A DNA stretch of 64,000 bases from the NCBI GenBank assembly GCA_964490075.1, contig CAZBBK010000028.1, positions 1 through 64,000 of the forward strand, written 5' to 3'. Positions 28,364-39,188 of this stretch are shown in pieces. Every line of letters starts with the position of its first letter. The first letter of the stretch is position 1. This DNA comes from an uncultured Gemmatimonadota bacterium. Lineage in GTDB: Bacteria > GCA-2686955. The position numbers were made by a program, and so were the translations under genes. The notes below the pieces were generated by a model. It was not told where the DNA came from and ran no database searches. It saw only the letters and a program-made list of their open reading frames with translations.

Positions 28364-29551
28364 ATGAAAGCCAGCGAAGCACACAGAGTCCGTACCGACT
28401 GCCGTCACTACCGCGGGGACCGCCCATGCTTCAAGGACTACCGTTGCACTGAAGCGTGCGACCGCTTCGCGCCGATCGGCACTCGGGTGCTGATCGTGAA
28501 GTTGGCCGCCTTGGGCGATGTGCTCCGCACCACTCCCTTGCTGCGGACGCTACGGACGCATCTGGGCGATTGCCAGATCACCTGGGTCACCGAGAGCCAG
28601 GCGTTGCCCCTGCTGAAGGGTGCGCGAGATCTCGATCGCGCGATCGCGTTCGAAGATCCGGCCCTGCCCTTCATCGTCGCATCGGAGTCGTTCGACATCG
28701 CGATCTGCCTGGACAAGGAGCCGCGGGCCTGTGCGCTGCTGGCCACTGTCCAATCGACCGACAAGCGCGGCTTCGTGCTCGCCTCGAACGGGTCGGTGAT
28801 GCCGGCCACGGATTCGGCGCAGCACTTTTGGCGGCTGGGGCTGGACGACCGCCTGAAATTCGTCGAAAACGACCGTAGCTACCCGGATCTCATGCATGAA
28901 GCGATCGATGTCCCCTATCACGGAGAGGGTTACGTCCTAGAGATCGCCGAACGGGACCGACACGCCGCGCGCGAGCATCTGAAGGGACTGGGTTTGGAGC
29001 CGGGGCGAGATGTCCTGGTGGGGTTTCAGACTGGCGCGGGGGGGGTATTCGCGAACAAGGCTTGGACCCTGACCGGGATGGCCGCAGCGATCCGGGCCAC
29101 GGTCGCGCAGCTGGGAGCCCGGCCGGTGCTGCTCGGCGGGCCGCGCGAAGCCGAGCTCAACGAGGCGGTGGCCGGCACGGCGGGAGTGGAGGTCGTGGAT
29201 AGCGGCACCGGTCACGATCTGGTGACCTTCTCCGCCATCATTGATGCGATGGACGTGGTGGTCGCCGGGGATACGTTGGCGATGCACCTCGCCATCGCCC
29301 GGGGCTGCTTCGTGGTGGCTCTTTTCGGTCCCACCTGCTCCCAGGAGATCGATCTCTTCGGGCGCGGCGAGAAGGTCGTGACAGGCCTCGATTGCTCGCC
29401 CTGCTATCGACGAGAGTGCGATCTTTCTCCGTCGTGCATGGACGAGATCTCGGCGCAGAATGTGGTGGCTGCGTTCGCCGGTGAGGTCGATCGAGTGCGT
29501 CGCGAGCGCTCCCGCCAGCAGGCGGCACAGGAGCCGGATCCACCCTCGTGA
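28364..29551 (+). CDS. GT9 family (heptosyltransferase-like) glycosyltransferase
   Basis: IVKLAALGDVLRTTPLL, ANKAW, VAGDTLAMHLAIA, ALFGPT; Cys clusters at both termini. Confidence 0.9.
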   Translation: MKASEAHRVRTDCRHYRGDRPCFKDYRCTEACDRFAPIGTRVLIVKLAALGDVLRTTPLLRTLRTHLGDCQITWVTESQALPLLKGARDLDRAIAFEDPALPFIVASESFDIAICLDKEPRACALLATVQSTDKRGFVLASNGSVMPATDSAQHFWRLGLDDRLKFVENDRSYPDLMHEAIDVPYHGEGYVLEIAERDRHAAREHLKGLGLEPGRDVLVGFQTGAGGVFANKAWTLTGMAAAIRATVAQLGARPVLLGGPREAELNEAVAGTAGVEVVDSGTGHDLVTFSAIIDAMDVVVAGDTLAMHLAIARGCFVVALFGPTCSQEIDLFGRGEKVVTGLDCSPCYRRECDLSPSCMDEISAQNVVAAFAGEVDRVRRERSRQQAAQEPDPPS

Positions 29552-30489
29552 GCAACGCCAGCGCGCCACCCGAACCCGCGGACACGGCCGGGAAACCCTC
29601 AGTGTGGCTGATCATCCTGCAATGGAACGGGTTCGCCAACACGCAGGCGTGCCTGCGCTCTCTGGAGGCGGTGGACTACCCGGATCTGCACATCCTGGTC
29701 CTCGACAACGGCTCGACGGATGGGTCCGCCGAGGCCGTCGAAGCCGAGTTTCCGGCTGTCACGGTGGTCCGGCTCTACGCCAATCTGTTGGTGGCAACCG
29801 GTAGAAACGTCGGACTCGGCCTGGCGATGGAGGGCGGTGCCGATCTGATCGTCTTCCTCGACAACGACACCGAAGTCGCGGCCGATTTCTTGGATGAGCT
29901 GCTGGGGGCGATCTCCGCCAACAAAGTCGGGATCGTCGGGCCGAAGATCCTCTACCACGATCGACGGACCCGGATCTGGTCGGCCGGGACCAGCATCGTA
30001 TGGCCGCTCGGATGGATTCACCACTTGGGGATTCGCAAGGAGGACGACGGCGCTTTCGACACCCTCCGCCAGGTAGATGCCCTGCCGGGATGTTGTCTGG
30101 CCGCAAGAAGGGAGGTGGTCGAGGCGATCGGAGGGTTCGACGCGGACTACGTGATCTACACCGAAGATACCGATTGGTGCACGCGGGCCAGGGAGGCCGG
30201 GTGGGTCTCGATGCTGGTGCCGAGCGCGCGCGTGTATCACAGGGTCTCGGCGTCGTCCGGCGGTGGGTTGACCCGCTTCAAGGCCTACCATCGCGTGTTC
30301 TCCACCTGGAGGTTTTTCCGCAAGCACGGCCGCTGGTGGCATTGGCCTTCGCTGCTTCTCTTCGTCTCAGCCGGGACCCTGGCTTTCACGGTTTTCGAGC
30401 TTCGTCGCGGCAATCGCCAAGGCGTGGGGGGACTCTACCGAGCGCTTCTCGACATCGCCTTGGGCAGGAGCCCTCGTGTCAGACCGTAG
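29548..30489 (+). CDS. GT2 family glycosyltransferase (rhamnosyltransferase-like)
   Basis: IILQWNG, LDNGSTDGS, FLDNDT, GGFDADYVIYTEDTDWCTR. Confidence 0.9.
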   Translation: MSNASAPPEPADTAGKPSVWLIILQWNGFANTQACLRSLEAVDYPDLHILVLDNGSTDGSAEAVEAEFPAVTVVRLYANLLVATGRNVGLGLAMEGGADLIVFLDNDTEVAADFLDELLGAISANKVGIVGPKILYHDRRTRIWSAGTSIVWPLGWIHHLGIRKEDDGAFDTLRQVDALPGCCLAARREVVEAIGGFDADYVIYTEDTDWCTRAREAGWVSMLVPSARVYHRVSASSGGGLTRFKAYHRVFSTWRFFRKHGRWWHWPSLLLFVSAGTLAFTVFELRRGNRQGVGGLYRALLDIALGRSPRVRP

Positions 30490-32041
30490 CGAAGCCCGCC
30501 GCGGCAGAGTCTCGGCCCGCGTCGCATCACTGATCGTCGCGAGCGGCAGCATCGCCGTCGCGATATCGGAGCTGACCCGGGAAGGCGCGATCGCGGCGGT
30601 CTTCGGCACCAGCCGAGAGCTCGACGCGTTCTTCGGAGTCTGGATCATTCCCGCGGTGGTGATCGGCACCGGCATCTACCTGGGCAAGCTGGCGGTGGTG
30701 CCCGCGGTCGCCGCCCGCTTGCACGAGTCCCGCGGCTCGCTGACAGCGGATCTCGCGCAGACCTCTGGCTGGGTCATGGCGGCGGCGGCCGCGCTCGGAC
30801 TGTTGGTCGCGGCTCTTGCCCCTCTGCTCGTGCCGGTTGCATTGCCCGGACTCGATTCTGTTCACCGTCATCTGGCCGTTCAGGCTCTGCGCGCCCTGGC
30901 TCCGCATCTGTCTCTGGGGATCATCTGTGGCTACCTGATGGCTCTGCTGCAAGCGGATCGCCATTTCAAGGCCGCGGCTTTCGCGGCGGTCTTGCCGAAT
31001 CTCATGGTTGCCGCCGCGGCCATCTGGATGCAGCACCGTGGCGTGCTCGCCCTCGGCTGGGCGTTTTCGCTCGGCAGTCTGCTGCAGGCGATCGCTCTGT
31101 GGCTGGCCTTGCGGGGCGCGGGACTCGCCGCCTGGCCGCGTCTGCGTGCCCCGACCGAGTTCAGCAAAGGGCTGCTCGTGCTCGCGGCGGCCCCGGCATT
31201 GCTCGTCGTCATCCGGAATCTCGGCCCGGTGGTCGACCGTGCCTGCGCCTCGTTTCTGGATCCGGGGGCTCTGGCCTGCCTGAACTACGCCTACCGGCTG
31301 ACGGTCGGCGTGCGGGTGCTGATCACGGGCACGGCGTTCACAGTCAGCATCCCCTTCCTCGCTACGCTGCATGCTCGCGGTCGCGAGCGGGAGGCGGACG
31401 GCCATGTAGAGCGCAGCGTACGCGCGACTGTTGTCATCCTGGCTCCGATCTGCGCGTATCTCGCCGTTCTCGGTCCGCAAGTCGTGGGTCTTCTTCTCAT
31501 GCGCGGAGCATTCGGCGTGGCCGGGGCGACCGCGACCGGTCACGTGCTGGCGATCATGGCTCAGACGCTGTTGCCGGATACCATCTTTGCCCTCCTCGCG
31601 GCACCGTATTTCGCGCGCCGGGAACCCACGACTCCCCTGCGGGTGGTTCTGTTCATCTGGCCCTTTCATCTGCTCTTGGTGTGGCCCATGACCTGGTGGC
31701 TGGGCCTGCTCGGCATCCCTTCCACGGGCGTGATCATCACGGTCGCCACGGCCCTCGTCATGTGGCGCAGAATGCGCCGTTCGCGGCGGGCGCCGCTACT
31801 GAGTGCGGCTGGGCGAAGAGACATCCAGGCCGCCCTGATCGGCGCTCTCGCTGTAGGATCTCTGGGCTTCGTTGCGGCAGCTCTGCTGCCCGGGCTCGAC
31901 GCCCCCTTCGCGGCTCGAGCCGCCGCTTTGAGTGCGTGCAGCCTGGCGCTCGGGGCGGTCTACGTGGTCAGTTTGCTGCTCTTCTCGTCCCGTCGCGGGC
32001 CTCGGGGATTGCTGGAGTTGTTGCGTGCGAACACGACGTGA
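30476..32041 (+). CDS. MurJ/MviN-like MOP flippase
   Basis: TREGAIAAVFGTSRELDAF, VDRACASFLDPGALACLNYAYRL, MRGAF; about 14 TM helices. Confidence 0.8.
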   Translation: MSDRSEARRGRVSARVASLIVASGSIAVAISELTREGAIAAVFGTSRELDAFFGVWIIPAVVIGTGIYLGKLAVVPAVAARLHESRGSLTADLAQTSGWVMAAAAALGLLVAALAPLLVPVALPGLDSVHRHLAVQALRALAPHLSLGIICGYLMALLQADRHFKAAAFAAVLPNLMVAAAAIWMQHRGVLALGWAFSLGSLLQAIALWLALRGAGLAAWPRLRAPTEFSKGLLVLAAAPALLVVIRNLGPVVDRACASFLDPGALACLNYAYRLTVGVRVLITGTAFTVSIPFLATLHARGREREADGHVERSVRATVVILAPICAYLAVLGPQVVGLLLMRGAFGVAGATATGHVLAIMAQTLLPDTIFALLAAPYFARREPTTPLRVVLFIWPFHLLLVWPMTWWLGLLGIPSTGVIITVATALVMWRRMRRSRRAPLLSAAGRRDIQAALIGALAVGSLGFVAAALLPGLDAPFAARAAALSACSLALGAVYVVSLLLFSSRRGPRGLLELLRANTT

Positions 32042-34700
32042 AGATCTGCTGGTCGGAGGTTTGCTGCTGCTGGCGGTGGGCCTGATCTTCTCGTCGGTGC
32101 TCGGAAATGCGTCGGTTCCTTTCGGGGGGGAAGATGCGATCACCGGGCGGATCTTCGAGAGACAGCTTTCCGACGCGATCTCCCAAACCCAAACCGTCCC
32201 CCTCTGGAACCCCCACATCTTCGGCGGCATGCCGACCGTCGATTCCTTGAGCTACCCGCTCTTCTACCCCCTGCACGCCCTCTACAGCCTCTTTCCCCGG
32301 ATGCGCGAGATCTTCCACCACATTCCGCTGCACCTGGTGATCGGCGGCATGCTGGCCTACCTGCTGGCGCTCGACCTGGGGTTGGGGCGGCGCAGCGCCG
32401 TGCTGCCGGCGTTGGCATTCGCGCTCACCGGCTACCTGGTCACGCTCACCATGAGCGGCCACGGCGGCAAGATCTGGACCTGCGCCTACCTGCCCCTGGT
32501 GATCTTCACCCAGCGCCGATTGCTGCGCGAGCCGAGCGTGGCGCACGCCGCGGCGGCGGGGCTGAGCGCCGGCGTGCAGATGCTCGCCGGGCATTACCAG
32601 ATCGTCTTCTACACCTGGCTGGCGGCCGGGTTGCAGCTGCTCTGGCATCTGAGCGGGGCGGCCCGCGCCACCGATGCTCGGGGCGCGGCGGGGGCGTCGA
32701 TCGGGCGACGCCTGCTGCTCTGGAGCGTCGTGCCGGTGATCGCGGTGGCGATCGCCGCCGCCCAGTTCGTGCCGGCCGCCAAGTACGCGCCCTGGTCGAA
32801 CCGCGCCGAGCCTGATCTCGACTACCTGGCCTCGTTTTCGTTCCCGCCGGGCGAGATCGTCACCTTCGCGGCGCCGGCCTTCTACGGCTTCGACCCCGAC
32901 AGCGGCATGGCGCGCTACTGGGGCTCGCTGGTGATCCGCGGCAGCACCGAGTACATGGGGGTCGCGGTGCTGCTCCTGGCCCTGCTCGGCGTGGGCGCCG
33001 CCGGGCCGCGGGTGCTGAGGCGGATCGGTGCCGGCGCGGGCGGCCTGCTGGCGTTCTTGCTCGCGGCCGGTCTGCTGCCACTGCCCGACGCGCTGCGTCC
33101 GGCCCTCGGCCTCGACCTGGTCGCGACCTGCCTGATTCTCGCCGCCCTCGTCGTCGCCCACTGGAACTGGTTCGAGCGCGTCCGGGCCCGTGACCCCGGG
33201 GGCGGCGATCGGCGCGCCGAGGCCGCCGGGCTCTTTCTGCTGATCGCCGCCTGGGCCGCCTTCCTGATGGTCGGCGATCACCTGCCCAGCTACCGACTCT
33301 TCGCGGCGCTGCCGGGCTTCGACCGCTTCCGCGCTCCCCATACCCTGGTGGTGCTGGTCGCCTTCGCGGTCGCCATGCTCGCCGGGCTCGGGCTCGATCG
33401 ACTGTTGCGCGCTCCCTCGGGTGACGGTGCGGCTCCCAAGAAAGGCAAGGGCCGCCCCTCCGACGCGGCGCTGCAAGAGCTGGTTCGCTCGCCGATCGCC
33501 GCGCCGCCGCTGGCGGTGCTCGCGCTGCTGGCTACTCTGCTTCTGGTCGGCCTGGTGCTGCGCCAACCCCTGGCGGGCGCCATCGCCGGCCACCTCTCGG
33601 AGGACAGCGCCGCGCGCATCGCCGCGATGGCCGGCGGGCGTGCCTCGGCCGCCGGCAGCACGGCGGTGGTCGGGGTGCTCTTCGGCGGCGCTCTCGGCTC
33701 TCTGGCGATCGCCTGCCTGCTCTGGGGGGGCGCGACGGCCTTGGTCGTGGCCACGCTCCGGGGCCGATTGACGCCGCGCGGCTGCGTCATCGCCTTCGGC
33801 CTGATCACCTTCGTCGAGCTCGGCGTGGTCGGCCGCGACTACGTGCGCCCGGTGCTCGAGTCGGAGTCCTTCGCCGGGATCGAGGCCAATCCGCTGCTGC
33901 GCCACGTGGCGGAGAAAGCGCAGGCCGCGGCGGCCGCCGGCAGCCCCGTCCGCGTCGCCAACCTCGAAGGCAATCGGATCCGCCCCAACGATCCGGTGGT
34001 GCACGACCTGCATCTAACAAGCGGCTATCACGGCGCTCCGATGGGGGCCGCCTGGGACGCCCTGCACAGCGATATTCCGGGCTTCGCCGAGAGCTACCTG
34101 GCGCTGATGGGCGCCCGCTATCTGCTCTATCCCCAGGCGCTGGAGGTGCCCGGCCGCTATCGACCGGTGGCCAACCTCTCCGCCGAGGGGCGCGCGACGG
34201 GCCCCTTCCTGATCGAGAACCTGAGCGCCTTGCCCCGCGCGCGCATGGTGTTCCACGCCGAGGTCGTCGAGGAGGGCGAGCAAGTGCTCAGGCGACTCGC
34301 CGCTCCGGGCCACGATCCCCGATCCAAAGCGATCCTCGACCGGCCGCTCGTCCCACCCCTGGCCGGCGAAGGTCAGGGCCAGGCACGCATCACCGAGTAT
34401 GGCACCGCGCGCGTGGTGGTCGAAACCGAGGCGAGCGCTCGCGGCCTGCTGGTCCTCTCCGACGCCTACTACCCCGGCTGGACCGCCACCGTGGACGGCG
34501 TCGGCGAGCCGATCCTGCGCGCCGATCATCACCTGCGCGGAGTCGTGTTGCCGCCCGGCAAGCACCGCGTGGTGTTCGACTTCGACCCGATCGAGAACCG
34601 CATCGGCGCCGGGATCAGCCTGCTGACCGCGATCGCGGTGGCGGCGGCGATCGCTTTGGGCCGGCGGCGGAACGCAGGCTCGGCGGGTCCCGTAGCGTAG
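32025..34700 (+). CDS. YfhO-like GT-C membrane glycosyltransferase (~891 aa)
   Basis: PLWNPHIFGGMP, LFYP, LAGHYQ, EYMG, FRAP, C-terminal LVLSDAYYPGWTATVDG...LRGVVLPPGKHRV. GTG at 32025 after GGAG. Confidence 0.85.
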   Translation: MRTRREDLLVGGLLLLAVGLIFSSVLGNASVPFGGEDAITGRIFERQLSDAISQTQTVPLWNPHIFGGMPTVDSLSYPLFYPLHALYSLFPRMREIFHHIPLHLVIGGMLAYLLALDLGLGRRSAVLPALAFALTGYLVTLTMSGHGGKIWTCAYLPLVIFTQRRLLREPSVAHAAAAGLSAGVQMLAGHYQIVFYTWLAAGLQLLWHLSGAARATDARGAAGASIGRRLLLWSVVPVIAVAIAAAQFVPAAKYAPWSNRAEPDLDYLASFSFPPGEIVTFAAPAFYGFDPDSGMARYWGSLVIRGSTEYMGVAVLLLALLGVGAAGPRVLRRIGAGAGGLLAFLLAAGLLPLPDALRPALGLDLVATCLILAALVVAHWNWFERVRARDPGGGDRRAEAAGLFLLIAAWAAFLMVGDHLPSYRLFAALPGFDRFRAPHTLVVLVAFAVAMLAGLGLDRLLRAPSGDGAAPKKGKGRPSDAALQELVRSPIAAPPLAVLALLATLLLVGLVLRQPLAGAIAGHLSEDSAARIAAMAGGRASAAGSTAVVGVLFGGALGSLAIACLLWGGATALVVATLRGRLTPRGCVIAFGLITFVELGVVGRDYVRPVLESESFAGIEANPLLRHVAEKAQAAAAAGSPVRVANLEGNRIRPNDPVVHDLHLTSGYHGAPMGAAWDALHSDIPGFAESYLALMGARYLLYPQALEVPGRYRPVANLSAEGRATGPFLIENLSALPRARMVFHAEVVEEGEQVLRRLAAPGHDPRSKAILDRPLVPPLAGEGQGQARITEYGTARVVVETEASARGLLVLSDAYYPGWTATVDGVGEPILRADHHLRGVVLPPGKHRVVFDFDPIENRIGAGISLLTAIAVAAAIALGRRRNAGSAGPVA

Positions 34701-34721
34701 ACTGCACCCTGAACCCGCCGG

Positions 34722-35492
34722 ATGGATGAGCAAATGCGCGCCCTGGTCGTCGTCCCCACCTACAACGAGGCCGAGAACCTCGAGACCTTCGTGAGTCGTG
34801 TGCTTGCGGTCGACCCCGGCGTTCCTCTCGATCTGCTCATCGTCGACGACAACTCGCCCGACGGCACCGGCCGCATCGCCGATTCCATCGCCGCCACCGA
34901 GCCGCGGGTGCGGGTCCTGCACCGCGCCGCCAAGCTCGGCCTGGGCTCGGCATACCGCGACGGCTTCCGGGTCGCGCTGGAGGGGAGCTGGGGCCTGATT
35001 CTGGAGATGGACGCCGACCTGAGCCACGATCCCGGCTACCTGCCGCGCTTCATCGAGGCGGCGCGCGACGCCGACCTGGTGATCGGATCGCGCTACGTGC
35101 AAGGGGTCTGTGTCGTCAACTGGCCGATGCCCCGCCTCTTGCTCTCCTACTTCGCCAATATCTACGCCCGCTTCGTGACCGGCATGCCGGTCTTCGACGC
35201 CACCGGCGGCTTCAAGTGCTTTCGCAGAGAGGTGCTCGAGTCGATTGATCTCGACCGGGTCGGCTCGGACGGCTACGCCTTCCAGATCGAGATGAACTTC
35301 AAGAGCTGGCTCAGCGGCTGGCGGCTGCGCGAGATTCCGATCATCTTCACCGATCGCACCGAGGGCTCCTCCAAGATGAGCAAGACGATCATCCGCGAGG
35401 CGATCTGGATGGTCTGGCGGCTGCGCTTCGCCTCGCTCCTGGGACGCACCGGAGAGCGGCGCGCCGCCGCCGATCCCGCGACGGAGGGCTGA
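34722..35492 (+). CDS. Polyprenol monophosphomannose synthase (DPM1/Ppm1-like GT2)
   Basis: VPTYNEAEN, VDDNSPDGTG, KLGLGSAY, EMDADLSHDP, DATGGFKCFR, GYAFQIEM, FTDRTEGSSKMS. Confidence 0.92.
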   Translation: MDEQMRALVVVPTYNEAENLETFVSRVLAVDPGVPLDLLIVDDNSPDGTGRIADSIAATEPRVRVLHRAAKLGLGSAYRDGFRVALEGSWGLILEMDADLSHDPGYLPRFIEAARDADLVIGSRYVQGVCVVNWPMPRLLLSYFANIYARFVTGMPVFDATGGFKCFRREVLESIDLDRVGSDGYAFQIEMNFKSWLSGWRLREIPIIFTDRTEGSSKMSKTIIREAIWMVWRLRFASLLGRTGERRAAADPATEG

Positions 35493-35497
35493 GCGCG

Positions 35498-36618
35498 GTG
35501 CTGGTTCCCTTCCTCCTGGCCTTCGGCATCGCGCTGGCGATCTCGCTGACCGGCACGCCGCTGATCCGGCGCGCCGCGCGGCGGCTCGGCGTGGTCGATC
35601 ATCCCGGCGGTCGGCGGATCCACCTCGGGGCGGTGCCGCGCATGGGGGGCGTCGCGATCTTCGGCGCCTATTTCGCCGGCGAGGCGGCGGCCTGGCTGGC
35701 GGTGCGGATGCGCTGGGTCTGGCCGGCGGTCGAGGGGTTGCGCCCGCACATCCTCTACCCGGGCCACGCCAACCTGCGGCGCATTCTGATCGTCAGCGCC
35801 GCCGCTCTGCTGCTCGGTCTGGCCGACGATCTGTGGAATCTGCGCGGCACCACCAAGATCGTCGCGCAGGTGGCAATCGCCTGCCTGGCCCTGGCCCTCG
35901 GCTTCCGCATCGAGGTGCTCAGCAACCCCCTCGGCGGCGCCCTGGTGCTCGGGATCTGGAGCGCTCCGGTCACCATCGCCTGGATCCTGACCCTGATGAA
36001 CGCCATGAACCTGGTCGACGGCGTCGACGGCCTGGCGGGCGGCATGGCGCTGATCGCGGCGCTCTCGCTCTTCGCCATCTCGGTGCTGCGCGGCAACCTG
36101 GAGATCGCGCTCCTCTTGGCCGGCCTGAGCGGTGCGCTGCTCGGCTTTCTGAAGCTCAACCTGCACCCGGCCAGCGTCTTCATGGGCGACGCCGGCTCGC
36201 TCTTCCTGGGAACCGCCCTGGCGCTGATCACCATCGTCGCCAACTTCAAGAGCGCCGCCGCCATCGCTCTGATCATCCCGATGGTGGTGCTGATCGTGCC
36301 CCTGGCCGAGATCGTCATCACCACGTTGCGCCGCGCCGCGCGCCGCCGCCCGCTCTTCGAGGCCGACCGCCGTCATTTCCATCACCGGCTGCTCGACCTC
36401 GGCCTGTCGACCCCGCAGACGGTCACGGTGCTCTACTCCTTCGCGGCCTGCGGCGGGTTGGTCGCGGTGGCGCTGGTCCATCCCAGCCGACGTCTCACGC
36501 TCTTGGTGTTCGCCGCCCTGATCGCCACCTGCACCGCGGTGCTGCGGGTGATCGCCCGCATCACGGCCGACCGGCGCGGCGCGGGCGGTGCCGGTGCCGG
36601 TGCCGAAAGGAGGTCCCA

Positions 36619-36622
<4 letters not shown>
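35498..36622 (+). CDS. Undecaprenyl-phosphate N-acetylhexosamine-1-phosphate transferase (WecA/TagO-like)
   Basis: RRIH...VPRMGG, GLADD, NAMNLVDGVDGLA, VFMGDAGS, DRRHFHHRL. Confidence 0.92.
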
Positions 36623-38056
<1,434 letters not shown>

Positions 38057-38064
<8 letters not shown>

Positions 38065-39184
38065 CGCGCACGCGACGCTTGCGCGCCCGGGCCATGACGC
38101 GCTCTCGATCCGCGTCGATCACGACCGGATCCCGGCCGACTGGGACCGGCTGGTGGCGGCCGATCCGGCGGCCGACTACTTCCACACCGTGGCCTGGTGG
38201 CGGGTCTGCGTGGGGGCCGCGCGGTGCGGCCGCGTGGTGGCGGTGAGCGCGCGTCATGGAGAGACCCTGGTCGGCGGGATCGCGGCGGTCGAAGAGCGGC
38301 TGGGGCCGCTGCGCCGGATCTTCGCACTGCCCCTCGGCACCCACGGCGGACCCTTGATCGCGCGCGGCGCGCCCGGCGGCTGGACGCGTCATCCGGGTGC
38401 GCCGGGCCACGCGGCCTGGCACGACGACAGGGGCGACGACTGGATGGATGGCACCCCGTTGGGGGGGCAACTGGCTCGGGCGCTCTTCCAGATTCCGGGC
38501 ATCGCCGAGATCCACCTGGTCGATGCGTCGGGAGCGGCCGGGGAGGATCTGGCCTATCTGCCGGGGACCGAGTGCCACTTTCCGGTCCGGCGCCTGGTCG
38601 ACCTGGATTGGGGCGACGCCGGTGAGCTCTGGAAGCGGATGGATGCGCGCTGCCGCAACAAGATCCGCAAGGCGCGCAAGGCCGGCCTGAGGACCGAGCG
38701 GGTCTCCGACCCCGAGCGGCGCGGGTCCGAGCTGCGGCGCCTGATCGACGCCACCGAGGAGGCGCGAGGGTTTCGGCCGAATATCCCGGCGGCGGTGGTC
38801 GACGCGCTGGCGCGCGCGCCGCGGAGCCGCGGCGGCGAGGGCATCGATCTCTGGCTGGCGCACGCGCCGCGGAGCCGCGGCGGCGAGGGCGGTCCGCCCC
38901 TGGCCGCCGCGCTGAACCTGGTGCACGGCGCGCGGGTGCAGAACTTCCTGGCGCTCTCGACCGCCGAAGGGCGTTCCCTGGCGGCTCACAACCTGCTGCA
39001 CTGGAGCGCCATGGAGCAGGCGGTCGCCGAGAGCCGGAGGCTCTTCGATCTCGGCTGCACCGACGCCCTGCCGGGAGTCGACGCATTCAAGGCCTCGCTC
39101 GGCGCAAGCGCGGTGCGGCTGCACGCCTGGCGGCGCCTGCGCCCGCCCTGGCGCTGGCTGCAGCAGGCGCGGGGAAGGCTCTGA
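38057..39184 (+). CDS. GNAT/FemAB-like acyltransferase (polysaccharide-associated)
   Basis: WDRLVAADPAADYFHTVAW, THGGPL, RNKIRKARKAGL, HNLLHWSAM, FDLG, FKASLGA. Confidence 0.8.
38807..38890 (+). repeat. 36-bp in-frame direct repeat (2 copies, 48-bp period) inside the GNAT gene
   Basis: ctggcgcgcgcgccgcggagccgcggcggcgagggc at 38807-38842 and ctggcgcacgcgccgcggagccgcggcggcgagggc at 38855-38890, one mismatch. Confidence 0.9.
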
Positions 39185-39188
39185 GAGC

